DNA from: Schmidtea polychroa
Taxonomy: Eukaryota
Direction of reading: 5' to 3'
DNA: 64,000 bases
Assembly: GCA_044892525.1 (NCBI GenBank)
Contig: CM097885.1
Span: 126,480,001 to 126,544,000, forward strand
Part shown: positions 37,651 through 52,800 of the stretch, piece after piece
Layout: each line of letters opens with the position of its first letter
Position numbering within the stretch: the first letter of the stretch is position 1
Made by a program: the position numbers and the translations under genes
Notes under the pieces: model-generated
Told to the model about the DNA's origin: nothing
Database searches by the model: none
The model's input: only the letters and a program-made list of their open reading frames with translations

Positions 37651-38846
37651 GCCTTGTGATCATATTTCTTGGTTCTTGATTTGAGAGGGTCTTAACATTG
37701 ATCTTTGTATGGAATCTGACTTATGCTCTGTGATAATTCCGCGTGTAAACAGACTGATTAAGACTCTTCGAATCTTAAACACTTATATAAAATAAGTGTT
37801 ATTCATTTGGACGTCTCTGTCACTGAAAATTATACATTTTTTCTTATATTTAAATTGACTTGAGATTGTCGATTAAATTAGAAAATTCATTCGTCTAGTG
37901 CCACATGTATCAATTACATTATACACTCAACATCCATCGGTTATAGTACCCTCGTTAGAGTTCGTTGCTATTTCTCAGAATATTACGAAACATAAGATCA
38001 TGTTGAGGATACCTAAATAATAAAATTAAACAGTTATTATTAAAGCGAACAAATTAACAAGGGAAAAACCTGCATAATAAATAGCAAGTTACTCCAGAAT
38101 TCTAAAATGTTGCGAAGAAATTGAAAAATGAATAGGAAATGACAAAAATAAATAAAATTACACAATAAAACTAATTAATTAACAAGTTCAAATTGAAAAG
38201 AGAAAACAAACGACAAAATGAAGATGGAATTACTTTTTCTCGTGAGCTTAATTGAGATAACAAATAAACCACCGGAGAAGTCGGACAAATAAAAATACCG
38301 AATAAGACCGAATAAGTTCAAAATTTTACAAGACACAATTAATTAAATAACCAAAAACAATTATTTTAAAACATTGTTAAAAATAGAAACATAAAATAAT
38401 CATAAAGCTCTTGCAATTTTCTAAATTTATCATCCTCTCGACACACAGAGACCAATAGAGCAAAATACAGACAAGGACTTATTTGTTTTTTAAAGAGGAA
38501 TAAAAATGTCGGTCAAGAATCTATTTTGGGCTTAGCTGTTACAAGAAGTGACTTCACTGAGGTCGTAGTCAATTGTCTCTTCCATAATATTGAACACATA
38601 ATATTTAGATTTCCGGTTTTAACAATATAATTCCAGTAAATTGTTATCATGATTTTACATTTTTTCATGTTTTTTTTATTACTTAAAAAAACAACTTGTT
38701 TAAATATTCGTTAATTGTATAAAAAAAATATTTGAATTGAAGAATTATTTATCTAATTTGTGTATATTACATTTATTTTTGAAAATACAAAATATTTTAA
38801 CTTATTTCATTTTTGATATCTAATAATTTTTATTGAAGAATTTAGA

Positions 38847-39350
38847 ATGCTTAAAGTAGCTTTAATTCAAAATATCGTTTCTTCTCGCAAAGCTTATAAG
38901 ATGTCTAAAGTTGAATTGAAAATTAAATTAGTCTCACAAAGAGGAGTTAAATTAGTCTGCTTACCAGAATGCTTCAACTGCCCATTTGGAAGTGAAGGTC
39001 TTATGCAGCGAAGTGAATATATTCACAATGGAGAAACTTGTCAAATGCAGTCTAAAATGTCAAAAGAATGCGCCATTTCGATAAATGGTGAATCCCTTAT
39101 CGAACTTAGGTCGAATAAAATTTACAATTCGTCAATGGTTTTAATCCGATTGATAGCACTAGACAAACTGATCCATCTTAATTTGTCGAATCTGGAATAG
39201 AAGCTATTATATAAGATGATGTAACAAAGAGATCTTTATCAAATGAAATGTGGTTGGAATTTGTACTAGATACGCCATGTCGATTGCACACTCTTCTGAA
39301 AAGAAATGATTTTGAAGGCTATGGTTTTAATTCACGTTCGGAAGCCAATA
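38847..39350 (+). pseudogene. Nitrilase-family (omega-amidase NIT2-like) pseudogene, no introns seen
   Basis: LKVALIQ..GVKLVCLPECFNCPFG..GETCQ..SKMSKECAI..G.SLIE...KIYNS, KLIHL, then stops and frameshifts with a VGIC remnant. Confidence 0.75.
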
Positions 39351-40839
39351 AACTCGGTTAATTTATCGGTCACGTCGAAGCGAATTCTCCAGCATTCCAA
39401 TCTGGATTGTTAACAAACAATTCTTTCATTGGAGCAAACAGCTTTAATGTTCGTGACGAAAACCATCAACAAGTTATTAAAAGCATTAATGAAAATCCTT
39501 CATCAGCCACTCCGCAGATGAATACAATTATGGTAGAGCAAACAAGATTGTAATTAAGAAAGATGTGAATCGAACTAATTCACATGAACCATTAATGTTA
39601 TCACCTGCAACTGCAGCCATATCCAGTCCTTCCAATGACGATAATTCCTCATTAACTAAGAAGGACCAAACCACAACAATGTCACTGTATAAATCAACAG
39701 CTGTTTGAGTCGATCTTTGTTTACTGTATTGATGAGAACAAATTGAGAAGATTCTAAGAAATTCCAAATACTTCTTTTATTGCGTATTAGATTTAAAATT
39801 TCATTTGATAGAAATATGCCGCCTAGCGGCTCACTATATTGTTGTTAATTTCTCAAGACACCTTTCGAGTCACATCAATAATTAGCAATATTTATTTTTG
39901 CCGACAATCCCAAAAAACAACTCAACGATAATGAATGATAAAATTATGCCCTACAGAATTTTTACTAAAACAATATGTATAATGATTTTAGTCATTCAGC
40001 GTTATTTCTTTTTCTCATCTGTTTATCGCTGAGAGTAATCCTTCTCGTGTATCTATTTCGCTTACTTCTTGATCAGTGAGCAAGGAATTTGTACATGGGA
40101 TCTCTCATTTACCTTTATAGTCGATTAAGAACTTCATATCAAACTAACCATTCCTCATCTCATCTGTAATTTATCAGAATATATAAACAAATTTCAGGTT
40201 TTCAGATTCTAACTGATTCAGACCATTGTTTGAGACACCCTATAAAAACCAATGAAAGACCTTCAATCTTTCACATTGAACTCAAAGAGCATTTATCTAA
40301 ACTCTAAATCAGTTTGTAGAGTACAGACATCAATTAGTGGTAACTATCTCCTCGATGGATCAAATATTGTATTTTCGTGGTATCTATGGAAACGAATTCA
40401 TCATTTAAATTATAATCGATCCTAGAAGTCAAAGTTGACTGAGGCCAAAGAATCAAATTAAATACATTGCTTGATGCTATCGCAAAATTAAAATGAACAC
40501 GTTGCTGATCCTTATGCAGTTACGACGCATTAAAATTAATTCAAAACTCTCTGGTTTAAGCCCAACAATAGCTATTGGGTCTAAACTATACCCATACACA
40601 TTGAAATTTATCATATACAACATAGTCTTAACTTTAAAGTTATTTTTCATTTAATTTATTTTGTTTTTAAAATCAAAATAACTAGATACTAAGAAAAAAG
40701 TAAGTTAATACTTCTTAAGAAATAAATTTTTTACCGTCTTTTAAGTTATTGATTATTTAAAACTTTTGCTTGTTTGAATAATCACACTTGTTTAATAAAC
40801 AGTTATTTTAAGGTTTCTATATTAATTAATCAGAATTTG

Positions 40840-43800
40840 ATGGAAGGTAAATCGTCATTTTAATTTTGTCAAATATTTACTTTTACTTTAAGACGTATAT
40901 TGGGAATGTTTTTTTAATAATGCTGGTATAAGCGGTAAAGCTTCTAAAGATTATGCTTCTCTATTTGTTAAAAATAAAATATCACAACCTATTTTAATGC
41001 ACATCAATGATAATCATTTAAAATCAATGGGAATTGAAGCTATAGGAGATGTTATAAGAATATTAAAATACATTAAGGACTTTCCACAAGTAAAATAGTT
41101 ATTTCATTTAACTTATTAATTATATAGACAGAACAAGTATCCAAGACAATCTCAGAAAATACAGGTATTTTTCATTTTCATATGATTCTAAATAAATAAC
41201 TATATTTTTATGAATTTTATCTAAAAATTAAAATTAAGTCTTTGTACAATAATAATTTTTTAACGTCTTTATTGAATTAGCAGTTATTTTAAAAGAAATA
41301 AAATATTATTCAGTGATTAAGTGAATGATTATATAATCAGTTTAAACTTATGTAGTCAGCTAAACCTGAAAATAATCAAATATAGTTTTTGTTTATAATC
41401 GGGACAACATGGTTTATAAATCAATTTTTTTTGTTTTTTTGTTATATTTTATTAGAATCAAATAATTTTAATATAATAATCAATTTTTGGAAAAATTATT
41501 CAAATTCACATTTATCTGACACTTAATTGGCCTATTTCTGTCAATAAGTTATATGATCAGACTTTGAAATTAGTTATAAAATATCAATAACGAATATTCA
41601 AACAATAAGTTGAGCCCATCCAATAAAGTCGGCCTAAAAGAAATTATTAACCGATTAATTTTTTAGAATAATTAAATTATTGATTCATTTAAATGTATTT
41701 GTTAACCACTGTACTAATTTATCTACTTAAAAAAGACTATGTAATTAAAAGCACGCAAAAATTCAGATTAATAAACTTATGTACATGTGTATATTCCCAA
41801 ATATTTATATAATGATTAATTCTATGAATCACATAATCCGCCATTATCAGTACCTCAATTGGAATAATAAATTTACCGAGATTTTCTGTATTTACATATA
41901 TAAATGTAGAAGACTATTATATTTTAAGATCAAGGTCATCGAAGCCGGGAATAAAATTCTGGTTCTTGCACGGAGTAAATAATAATTATTGTTTTCCAAA
42001 TAATTATAGTTTTGTTAATAATTTTCAGTTTTTCGGTGTACAGTAACATTTTTTATTTACAAAGTGCTTTTTAGTAACAATTTCCTTTTGTCGATATTCA
42101 TTTTTAATATTTTTTACAAAAATACATTTCATCTAAAAACTAAAAAATTATAGCAAATGACCAAAACAAATCAATAATGGAAAGGAATTATAATTTAAAA
42201 ATTGTTTTTATCTTTATTACTTTTATTTTATGAAAAATATTAATAAAATTAAACAAGAAATTTAAATCATAGTTTTGATTTATCCTATCCAATATGAGTT
42301 TGAATAACTATATAGATCAGTGTTTCCCAACCTTCTTTATATAATGCCCCACCGTATTACTTTCAAAAGTCATGCCCCACCAGCCCCTTTAAAGTAGTTG
42401 TCAAACTTCGATAATCAGTATTGTCATAATGCAAAAATAACGGTCGATGAAATTGCTGTATACGTTGTTTTATGTAGTCGTGAATGAGCATATTATATTA
42501 AACAAATATATATGGAATAGTTGATAATTGCTAACGTGTCTGAAGCGCGGTGCTCCACCTCTGAGGCGTGATGCCCACTGTGGAAACACTAGTATGGATT
42601 ATTATAACAAAAGATCTTGGCGAGGCAAATCATTTTTTTTGTGAAAATATGAGTATTAAACGTTGTAAGTGTTACACACAAGGGCGCATGTGCTCTATAA
42701 TTTTATACTGACAGTAGTGACAGTCATTCGCCATAATACGGACTGTTTGTTTCGCAGTTTAACTAAAAATTGAACTTTTATCTGTATTTTGCGATGACTG
42801 TTTTTCTAGGTCATTGGTTCCCAAACTTATTTGATCTACCACCCCCCTTTCCACAAAAAATATTAATCAGCGCCCCCTGAATTTTTTTCAATTTTAATAG
42901 CATTTAAGCAGAAATATATATTAGTTGCATATGCTAAAAGAATCTGATTGATCAGAAAAGGAAAGTGATTCCTAGATGGGGAATAATTAATAAATATGGA
43001 AAGTGATTATCAAGATAGGTAATGATGGTACTAATAAGGAAGTTAGTGATTAGTAAAAAAGGAGGTTATATAATATATAAATATCTCTTTCGACGCTCAA
43101 TCGTACTGAGAAAGTTAGGACAAGTATCGATGAACCAGCCATTTGCTCCAATAGCGTTATATAACAGAAACTTGATTGCGTACGGCGTGCGGGCTATCCT
43201 ACGAAACCTATGTTAATTATTTTAAGTTTTTATACTATCATACAGGATAGAAATATAAACTAATTATTCGTTATTGTGTAGTAGGTAGGTTTTAATTTTA
43301 GTGAAATTTAAAATATAAAGTAAATGAAATTACAAATCTACCATTGCCCTCTTAGCCCACGTCAACGCCCTCATTTTTTTCTGGGCCCTTTAACGCCCCC
43401 CCCCCCCTCTAGGTCTTAAACGTCCACAAGGGGCGTGATCTAGATAATAACTGATTTTCTTATCATTTTTTTATAAACACTTGTTAATAAAGAGATAATC
43501 CGTGTTTATCACCTAGTGTTCATATTTTAATACGCTTTATATGTGTGGCTCGTACAAAAATTTTAAATTTGAAGTTAGTCCTTCCTCAAAAAAGGTTGCT
43601 AGATTTAAATTATTTATATACCAACGTAAAATAATTAGGCATATTTATATTTAGAAAGACATGTAGAAGTTCATCCAATCCGAGAGCCCTCTAAACAAGA
43701 TTATACTCAAAAGATTTCAAGTAAATTTTGGGTTGAGTATCTAAGAATTTAAAATAAATTCAGTGTCGACTAAATATGAAAAAATTCCCGGATGTGAACT

Positions 43801-46800
43801 TCCTGTAGCGACTAGGCGTGTGGTGAATCCAGAAATCGAAGGTCGTTATAAAATAACATTACCGAATAAATTAACGTCTTTAAAAAATAATCAACTTACT
43901 ACGCAATCTTCAAGTATGAAATGTTCGTCAGCAACCAATTTGGTTCAGTATAAAGATATAAATAAACCGATTGATATACCCAATCGTACGGTTATACTTT
44001 CTGATACTTCCAAATCTGAAGTCAAACAAAATCCATCGATTCTAAAACGATTGGGTGAATCTCTTGAAAAATATGAAAAACTCACTAACCCAGCAAATCA
44101 CTATAATTCTATCGATACAGAAATACCGACAAAGAAACCGAAAGTTCAAATTGTAAATAATAAGACAATTTTAAAACGCTTTTTCCATGCCAGCTTATCA
44201 AAAGATTCTCATACAAAAATTTCTTTGTCGGAAAAATTGCCATCGAAAAATATAATCCAGGTAATTTACATGATTATAAATTAAGCTCCCAAACAAATTT
44301 AAGGTTTTACAAAACTCTAGAGAGGGTAAATACATAATGTCTGTGTATTAATACTATATTCAGATCAAAGATTACAAAAAAGTCCATTTCCTCATTGTGA
44401 CTTACGTGGCCAGTTTTTTTACCTGATAAGGTTTCAAGGCGTTACTGGCTTTTAATTTTACTAATGGTTCCTATTATATATGAAATATGTTAATCTAAAA
44501 TTAGAATTATTAAGATATTTACAATTTGCCTCAAAATATATTATATCAAAGTTTAATGCAAACTAGTCTATTTTCTTGACATTAAAAATTAACTTATTAA
44601 CTTTTTAAAATCTTTTCTTTTTGTAGACTAAATCAATTTTTACACGAATTTTCAGCGGGATTTTCAAGTATTTAAAACATTTAAAAGGAGTAATGTTGAA
44701 AATTCATGTTAAACATAATAAAAGAAATAAAAAATAATTTGAAATGGGGAATATTTTCAAAAAAAATAAGAATATGTTGGGGTTATGGAAAATATGTGAA
44801 ATAAAAAATTACAAATTATGAAAATTAATTAAAAATTTGGAAAAGGTAAAAATCAATATTTTTCGATGGGGGAGTGTAGGGTTTCCATTTTACTCGAGTA
44901 GTCGAGTACCTCTTTTTAATTAACCGGTTACTCGAGTACTCGAAATAATTTCTAGGAAAAATAATTTCTTAACAAAAGATTATCAAAAATACTTATTTAT
45001 TTAAAAACAAAAACAGTTCATTATAACAAGTATAACATAATATAAAATTAAATTAATCCATTAAAAATTAGAAAAACATTTTAGTCAAAACAAAAATACT
45101 TTTTAGTCAAAATATTAATTATTTAAATATCTATACATTTTGATTGAAATAATATTTCAAAAATACGAGAGCATTTAACGTATTTACGCCTAGTCGACTT
45201 CGTATTTTTGTTATTTTGTTTCCTTATACCGAGAATACTCTTTCGCAAGAGGTTGCATTAGAGGTCATCGTTAATGCATTATATATAAGCAATCGATATC
45301 GTCACTTTTTCCCTCTATTTCCTTGAAGATTTTTAAATTCTCTTTCAATGTTAAATTCATTTTCTTTAACTTGCATAGGTCTAGCCAAACTTTGAATACA
45401 ATTTTGTAAATTTTCGTATTCCGTTAATTCATCTTCTTCTAAATGTATTATTTCAGTTTCTAAATCTTCTGCAACTTCACGATTTTCAAATTCATTGTGG
45501 GGAAACAATCTTAGAAATAGTTGCTTGGCATAATTTTTAAGGCTAGATTTAGATGAATAATTTAAAAACTCATTCTCGTTTGGTTTAACGTAAGTTCCTT
45601 GATGTAAAAATATAAGTTGGGACACCATATCTCTATTTCTACGTTTCCCAATTTCATTTTTTAATATTTCTAATAAATTTAGTTATAGTTCAGTTTTTAT
45701 ATTCTTAAGTTTCTTCATAACATATAAGATTGTCCCTTCTGCTGTTATTAAGTTAGCATCTTTTTTGCTAAGTTCTTGAACTGCTAACATTGCAGGTTCA
45801 AGCGTGATTGATATGCGTTTTAGAACAAGAATATATTTTTTATCAAACTTTTTCAAACCAAGTTCTTCTAAGGCATTATTTACACATTCAATTAACTTTA
45901 AAAATCTATTTACAGCCGTTGCCAATGTATTCCAACGAGTTTTTACATCTAAAATTAATCTTAAGTTCTTGCCTTCTTTTTGCCGTACATGCTTTAATAG
46001 AATTTCGGCCATCTTATTTGTTATAGAAACACTAAACAAGTTTTATGAATTATGTTAAATCAATCTTTCAACAGATGGCGAATCAGTGTTTATATATTAT
46101 GAAAATTCGATACCCTTTTTAATCGTAGTTTTTTAGTATGGTCTCATTTATATGCATCAAGGTTAAGTTATATTTTACGAAAAAAATTGTTTTATTAAAA
46201 CTCGAGTACTCGATTCCATTAACCGAGTATTCGAAAACTCGATAAATTGGCGAATTTGTCGAGTAACCGAGTACTCGGAATGGAAACCCTGGGGGAGTGG
46301 TTAACCGATGACAAATGGTATTTTGAAGATGAATAAAATAATTTTAAATAGATTAGAGGTCTATTGAAAGGCCAGTCGCCAAAAAAACGAATTAGTCCAG
46401 TTTTAACGCAAGCCCATAATTCAGGGAGTGTCCAACTAAACATCAACCTAATGGATACATAAATTTTAGTTTATTGCCAAAACAATTGTAACTGAACAAT
46501 AAATTGTTTACTCGTTTACAAAATTAGGATTAGAAGGGAAGTTAGTCTTGGAGAAAATAATATAAAAGTGCGGCCAAATAATAACAAAGTACCAGTTGGT
46601 CGAAAGTAAAAATTGTCAGTTAAAATGAATTAAATAAAGACAGTTAACGAGACGAGCACTAATTCAAATAAGAGAAATAAATATTGCGTTTTAATTTTGA
46701 GGGTGAACCCATTCATATAACAGTTTAACTAAATTGAACAAAGATCTTGTTGGGATTTGAGTTTTATTCCTTTGATGCTGAACACGAGGAATCGGATCGA

Positions 46801-49800
46801 AATTTAGTTCTATCTACAAACATTAAAATATTATAAGAACTTCTTACAAAACATTTAAATGTCCCAACAAATATAATATACAAATATTTTTGCTTATAAG
46901 TTGTCAGTATCATTTATTTACATAGTTTCTTGTCATGTCTGATTGATTGCCGATAAAAATCCTGAATATAAAACTCAAATATATTGATTAAAATATATTG
47001 ATTAAAATAAGTATTTTACGTGTTACTTAATTTTAGAGATATGTAATTCTCGACTTTATTTCGTTCTCGAGAAATCGAGTTTAATTTACTGTTCTCCAGA
47101 ATTCTCAAGAAAACAAACTTTACAAAAAAACCATTTTTTTATTTTATAAATTCATTATTAATTGATTACTATCAAAAATGTAAAAAACGATTTTTTTTTA
47201 ATGATATCAAACCAGTGTAAAAACGATTTATTTTTAATGATATCAAAACGATGTAAAAAATGATGTAAAATACGATTTATTTTTTAATGATATCAAAACG
47301 ATGTAAAAAACGATTTGTTTTATAATGATTTAAAAACGATGTAAAAAACGATTTATATTTTAATGATTTAAAAACGATGTAAAAACGATTTATATTTTAA
47401 TGATTTAAAAACAATGTAAAAGACGATTTGTTTTATAATGATTTAAAAACGATGTCAAAATCGATTTACATTTTAATGATTTAAAAACGATGTAAGAAAC
47501 GATTTACATTTTAATGATATTAAATCAATGTAAAAAACGATGTATTTTTCAATGATTTAAAAACGATGTAAAAATCGATTTACATTTAAATGGTTTAAAA
47601 ACGATGTAAGAAACGATTTATCGTATAATGATATCGAACCGATGTAAAAAACGATGTATTTTTTAATGATATCAAACCAATGTAAAAAACGATGTATTTT
47701 TTAATGATATCAAACCAATGTAAGAAACGATGTATTTTTTAATGATTTAAAAACGATGTAAAAGACGATTTATTTTATAATGATTTAAAAGTGATCTAAA
47801 AAACGATTTACATTTTAATGATATTAAACCAATGTAAAAAACGACCGGTGATAATCTACCAATTTTAGCATTACGCTAGCTCCATCGCCTGTTATTGCCA
47901 CAATATCTTTTGCCCCAAACACCTTGAGTTTATCTTCAACCATTTGTAATAATATATTTGTAAATAATAAGTAAGTAAATAATAAGTAATAATATATTTG
48001 TAATAACTACCAATAATTCTAACTAAGCCTAGGTTGTCAGAATCTCCACTATAATAAATATGGATACTCAAATATCCACGTTTTCCTAGCACTTGTTCAT
48101 TTTTCAATAGACATACTAGTTTTCTTGTTCTGCAATTTTATTTTAATGATGGTATCGGCTTTAATTTCTTCACAAAATTAGCTAATTAGTTTCATTATAT
48201 CCATCTTTGGCGGCCAGTTTAATAACAATTTCCTTTAAATTTGGACGAGTGATACGAAAGAGTTTATCAATGTTCGACGTTGTTACTTTTAATCCGGTTT
48301 ATGATGCAGTTTTTCCTCGATTTAATTGGTTTTCCTTTACTGTTCGACTCATTGAATGTAAATTTTCATAATTTCAATGCAAACATGTAGAAGAGTTTTT
48401 TCATGACATTTGTTTGCAGCAAATATTGCACGTCGCTGTATCCTTGTTTTCCTCTTTAAAATACTTCCAACAATCGCTATAGTTGTTGTTCATTTTAAGA
48501 GTCTAAAAATATATTTCTATTAAATAATTGAAATCGACCTTAGAAAACACCATAAAGAAAACTGCATTAATACGATAGTAGACAACGTTAGAAAATTTTT
48601 ACTTATGTAATTAATTGATTATTAATTTATTTAAACAAAAAACATGTCAAAATTCATAATTATTAATGCGTTAAGTGAGAAAATAATGTTATTCTTTAAA
48701 TTCTCGAGAATCGAGAAAAAATATTGGTCGAGAATTCTCGAGAATAATCTTTACTTTATTTCTGTTTACGTTTTTCCCAAAAATATTAGATTACATGGAA
48801 ACTTCTTGTTTTAATAATGTTGAGGTTGTCAGTGAAATGTGAACTACACGTTTACCTCGGTAATACGGTGGGTATGATTCCAGACCATCGGCGCAATGCG
48901 AGTCACTTGCTTTTTTTCACTCGCTACAACATATAAACACCTTAAAACTTGTTTACACTATCATTTATTATTTGTGCTATAGCGCTAGGCTAAAAATAAC
49001 AGCTAAAAACTTTATTAATATCATTGAAGGAAGGTTGAGACTCATCATCTGACCCTTCAACGAATCTAATTATCTTGCTTGGTGGAGAGTCTACCATTGA
49101 TGTTGATGATTGATGAGGTGATATTGGCTGTTGAATGATAGGATTTGAAGGTGCGGGTTGTTGCGGCACTGGCTTAAAGTAAGATGTCTATGACGTTTGC
49201 TTCATTCAGCATCTCTTTCTCTCAAGGAATTCCAGTGTAGCTAGTGATGTCGTTTAGCAATTTTTCCCAACTTTCGAATTTCTCTTAATATAAATGCGTA
49301 ATAACACAATTGTAACACTATTAAATTTTGCGGTCAAATGGAGAGTGATGCGCGTGTTATGAATGCTGCATTCAAACTGAACTCCGCGTGGAAAATTTGT
49401 TGATTAAAAGCTGTACAGTGCATGGTTGCTGTAAGAACAAGACAAGCGCCGTAAAACGATTCATACCTATATACAATTATACAATTACTTATCTAACTCC
49501 GACTATATAAAATTCTAGACTATATAAACTTTTATTGATCAGAACAATTGATTACAAATTAACAACAGTACAAAATAATTCAATGCTGCAACAGTGGTTA
49601 TTGAGTGCTTATTACAACCTTCCGAGAGGAATAGCACTATTATTTATGATTTAGAATTTATGACCACCTAGTTACTACTTTTGGTTTCGATATTCAGCAG
49701 AGTCGATCTGAATTTGCAATAATTTTTTTTTGATTTCCTTTTTATAAGTGTCGTTTAATTCAAATTGTGTTTCGCTTTCATACTCTATTATTCAACGACA

Positions 49801-52800
49801 CTTACAGGTTATTTGCTGTTGAAGTATCATTTGCTTTTCCAATTTTCAAACAAGCTGTCTAGATTTTTATTATTTTCCTTTTTAAATTATTACTTAGTAA
49901 ATAGTAATGACCTTATTTCATTCTTGTTATTTTCTTTTTCTCCTGAGAATTTTGGAACAGCATTCTCTGTTTTTCTTTTCATTTTCCAATAAATTTACTC
50001 ATATGATTTCTTTTTATCATTAAGGTATAAAAAAAATTATCTTAAAATTTTACAAGTGAAACAGTAAATGTTTAGAAAAGTTTATACAAGAATACAATTA
50101 AATCTTTAGTAGTAAAAAATATTTGTTCCATTTTTATATCATTTTTGTTTGGACATGAATAATGATTGCAATATATGAATTGCTAATTGATGATTTATTT
50201 CAATTTATAAACTTATAAACAATATTTTGTTTGCTGAAAATTGAATATTCATAAAAAATGTATATACAATTGAAAGTAGTCAAATACTCAAGATAAAATG
50301 CTGCTGAAACGTCGTAGAACGCATAATAAAAATAAATGCAAAGAAATATACATTGGAATCAACCTTAGAATTTTGTATCAAAGAATTAATGAGTATCTGG
50401 ATTCTAGTGTAAAATTATAGGTAAGCAAACATTTTTAACAATGTCATCCAAAAAATTAAAAAATATCAATTAAAACTGTAGTCAATGGCAACCTGATTAT
50501 CAAAGAGGCAATTCTCATCAGAGATGAATATCCAACTACTAACTATGAACAAGCACAAAGGCCATCGTCAGCTGATTATTGTTTGACTTTTTTGAAATAT
50601 TTTATTTCTGCCATGAGTGAAATGATTGTCTTTATTTCACAATTCTATAAATGAATTGCTTGAAGTTATTTTCAAAAGCCATTTTCACTATAGTTTCGAG
50701 ATAGGTATTGAGTACAAACTATTTCATAAGTAACATTAGTAGTATGTTGTAAGGACTCCAATAAACTTTCAAGGTCATCGCAATGTTAAAGTCAATAAAT
50801 GAATTTTAATTTTTTTTAATTTATTACATTTTTTAAAGAAGCGTCATTGAAATATTGGTTTTACGATATATTTCGACAGATTTCTTTCCAGGTAGGGTAG
50901 AATAAATATAGAAATTATAGATTTTATAAAAAAATTGATAAAAAAATATAATTAAATAAATTTATTCATAAAATCTATAATTTGAGTAATTCTATCATAC
51001 CTGACAATGATAGTAAAACTGTCGAAATTTTTCGTAAGATGAATGTTCGAGTGGCGCTTTCTTATAATTAAATTGTTGTCATGTACGTTAATTTATACAT
51101 TAAATTTTATTATTTTTTTAATTTATTTCAATATTATCTTTATAATTATTTTTAGATTAATTATTCGATTATTATTTTATTTAATTTTAAATTTGATTAT
51201 TTTATTATAGTTTTTTCTTATTTTAATTGTATTATTTAATTATTAATTCTAAATTATTTATTTCTTATTACTATTTATTTATTTTTATTTAAATTCTTTT
51301 TAATTTTATAAATTATTTATTTAATTTTAATTTATTTCCTCTTTATTATTAATATTATTTCTATTATTATTTTTACTTTTTGACTAATCGGTCTACATAC
51401 CAAGGAATTACATATATCGAATTTCTAACCAACCAAAATTGAGTAAGGAGTATGAAATTTTAGAATCAAACATGTAACAAACGCACAAACCAATCAGAAT
51501 AAAGAAAGGGTAAAAAATAATTAAACAATTTATAACACCTTAGTACTTATAATATTTTAAACATTTTATTCGAACATCAAATTAATAAATTATTTCAAAT
51601 TGCAATAATTCAATAAAATATTTCAACGAACTGCATTAAATTAATAAATTGCTTCAGTTAATAGTAACAAAAACTGTTAAAATAATAAAATGTTGGAACA
51701 AATTGATAAATTATTTCAAAAAATACAAAGCAATAAATTATTTCACCAGAATAATAAAATATTACATTGAATTGCAACAAATATTAAATTATTTCAGTAA
51801 AACAAACATTAAATTACCTCATAGTTATGAAGTATTTCATCAAGTTGCAACAAAGTTATTAAATATTTCAATAAATGCCAAATTATGAATTACTTCAATG
51901 AGTTGAGGACAAATAATAGAATAACTTTATTCGTATCAAAATTCAAAGTGATTTTTCTATTTTCTATTAATAATTAAAATAAATTTTGTTTCTAATTCAT
52001 TACAATAAAACTTATTGGCAAAACTTTTATGAAAAAATGCCGGTTTAAACCGCAATAAATTAATCCTCGTCGCTCGTTGATGGGTTTCAATTCTGTATGA
52101 GTGATTTAATTGTATTAACTTATAATGTCCATGATATTTTGGCAACAGAGATGAATCTTGCACCAAACTGCTACAAAATTTGAAAAAGCCTTAAGAATAT
52201 ACAATTTGCTAGTTGTGGCAGTCGTGCTATCTACCAATTCTATAGTCAGAGATGAATTGGTCAATTCGTCTTTTGAGGGTAGATTGTTTTTCAATTGCTC
52301 TGTGGTTATCAAGCTCGTGTAATTGCCCCGTAAGAGACAATCAGATACGATATTATCACGACCTTGAATAAATTTAATTTTGCAATCAAAAATCGGATAT
52401 AAATTCCTTTTCTGATTAGTCATTGGTGTCTAGCGGATGATTTGGTCATCATTGGCGAGTAAGTCAATGGTCTGTGTACAGTAGTGTACAGAGGTTTTAA
52501 TTCTAATGCGCTGGTACTGTGGATGTGGAAGGCTATTGAGTACTTACTAAAAAAAGCATATTGATTGATTGATGTGCAGATTTTGAATTTCAAGTCGACG
52601 GAAAAATTCTGAAAAATATTTGTGATTGTCGCTTGAGCCGGATCATATGACGACGTCATCTACCTATACTGCCACATGAGGAAGGTCTACTAAAAGTTTG
52701 TTCAGGATTTCGCAATCCAAAAGACATCAGGAGATATCCAAATAATTTTAAATCTAAAATGAAAATAACATTGTGTGATGTCACCACACTTCCGTTTAGG

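Noticed and set aside
47175-47845. CRISPR-like array
   Set aside because: Contiguous degenerate tandem units without unique spacers, in eukaryotic DNA with no cas genes.
49050-49450. Decayed THAP-domain gene on the minus strand
   Set aside because: The Cys/Pro/Trp/His pattern can only be assembled across several frames; too weak to support.
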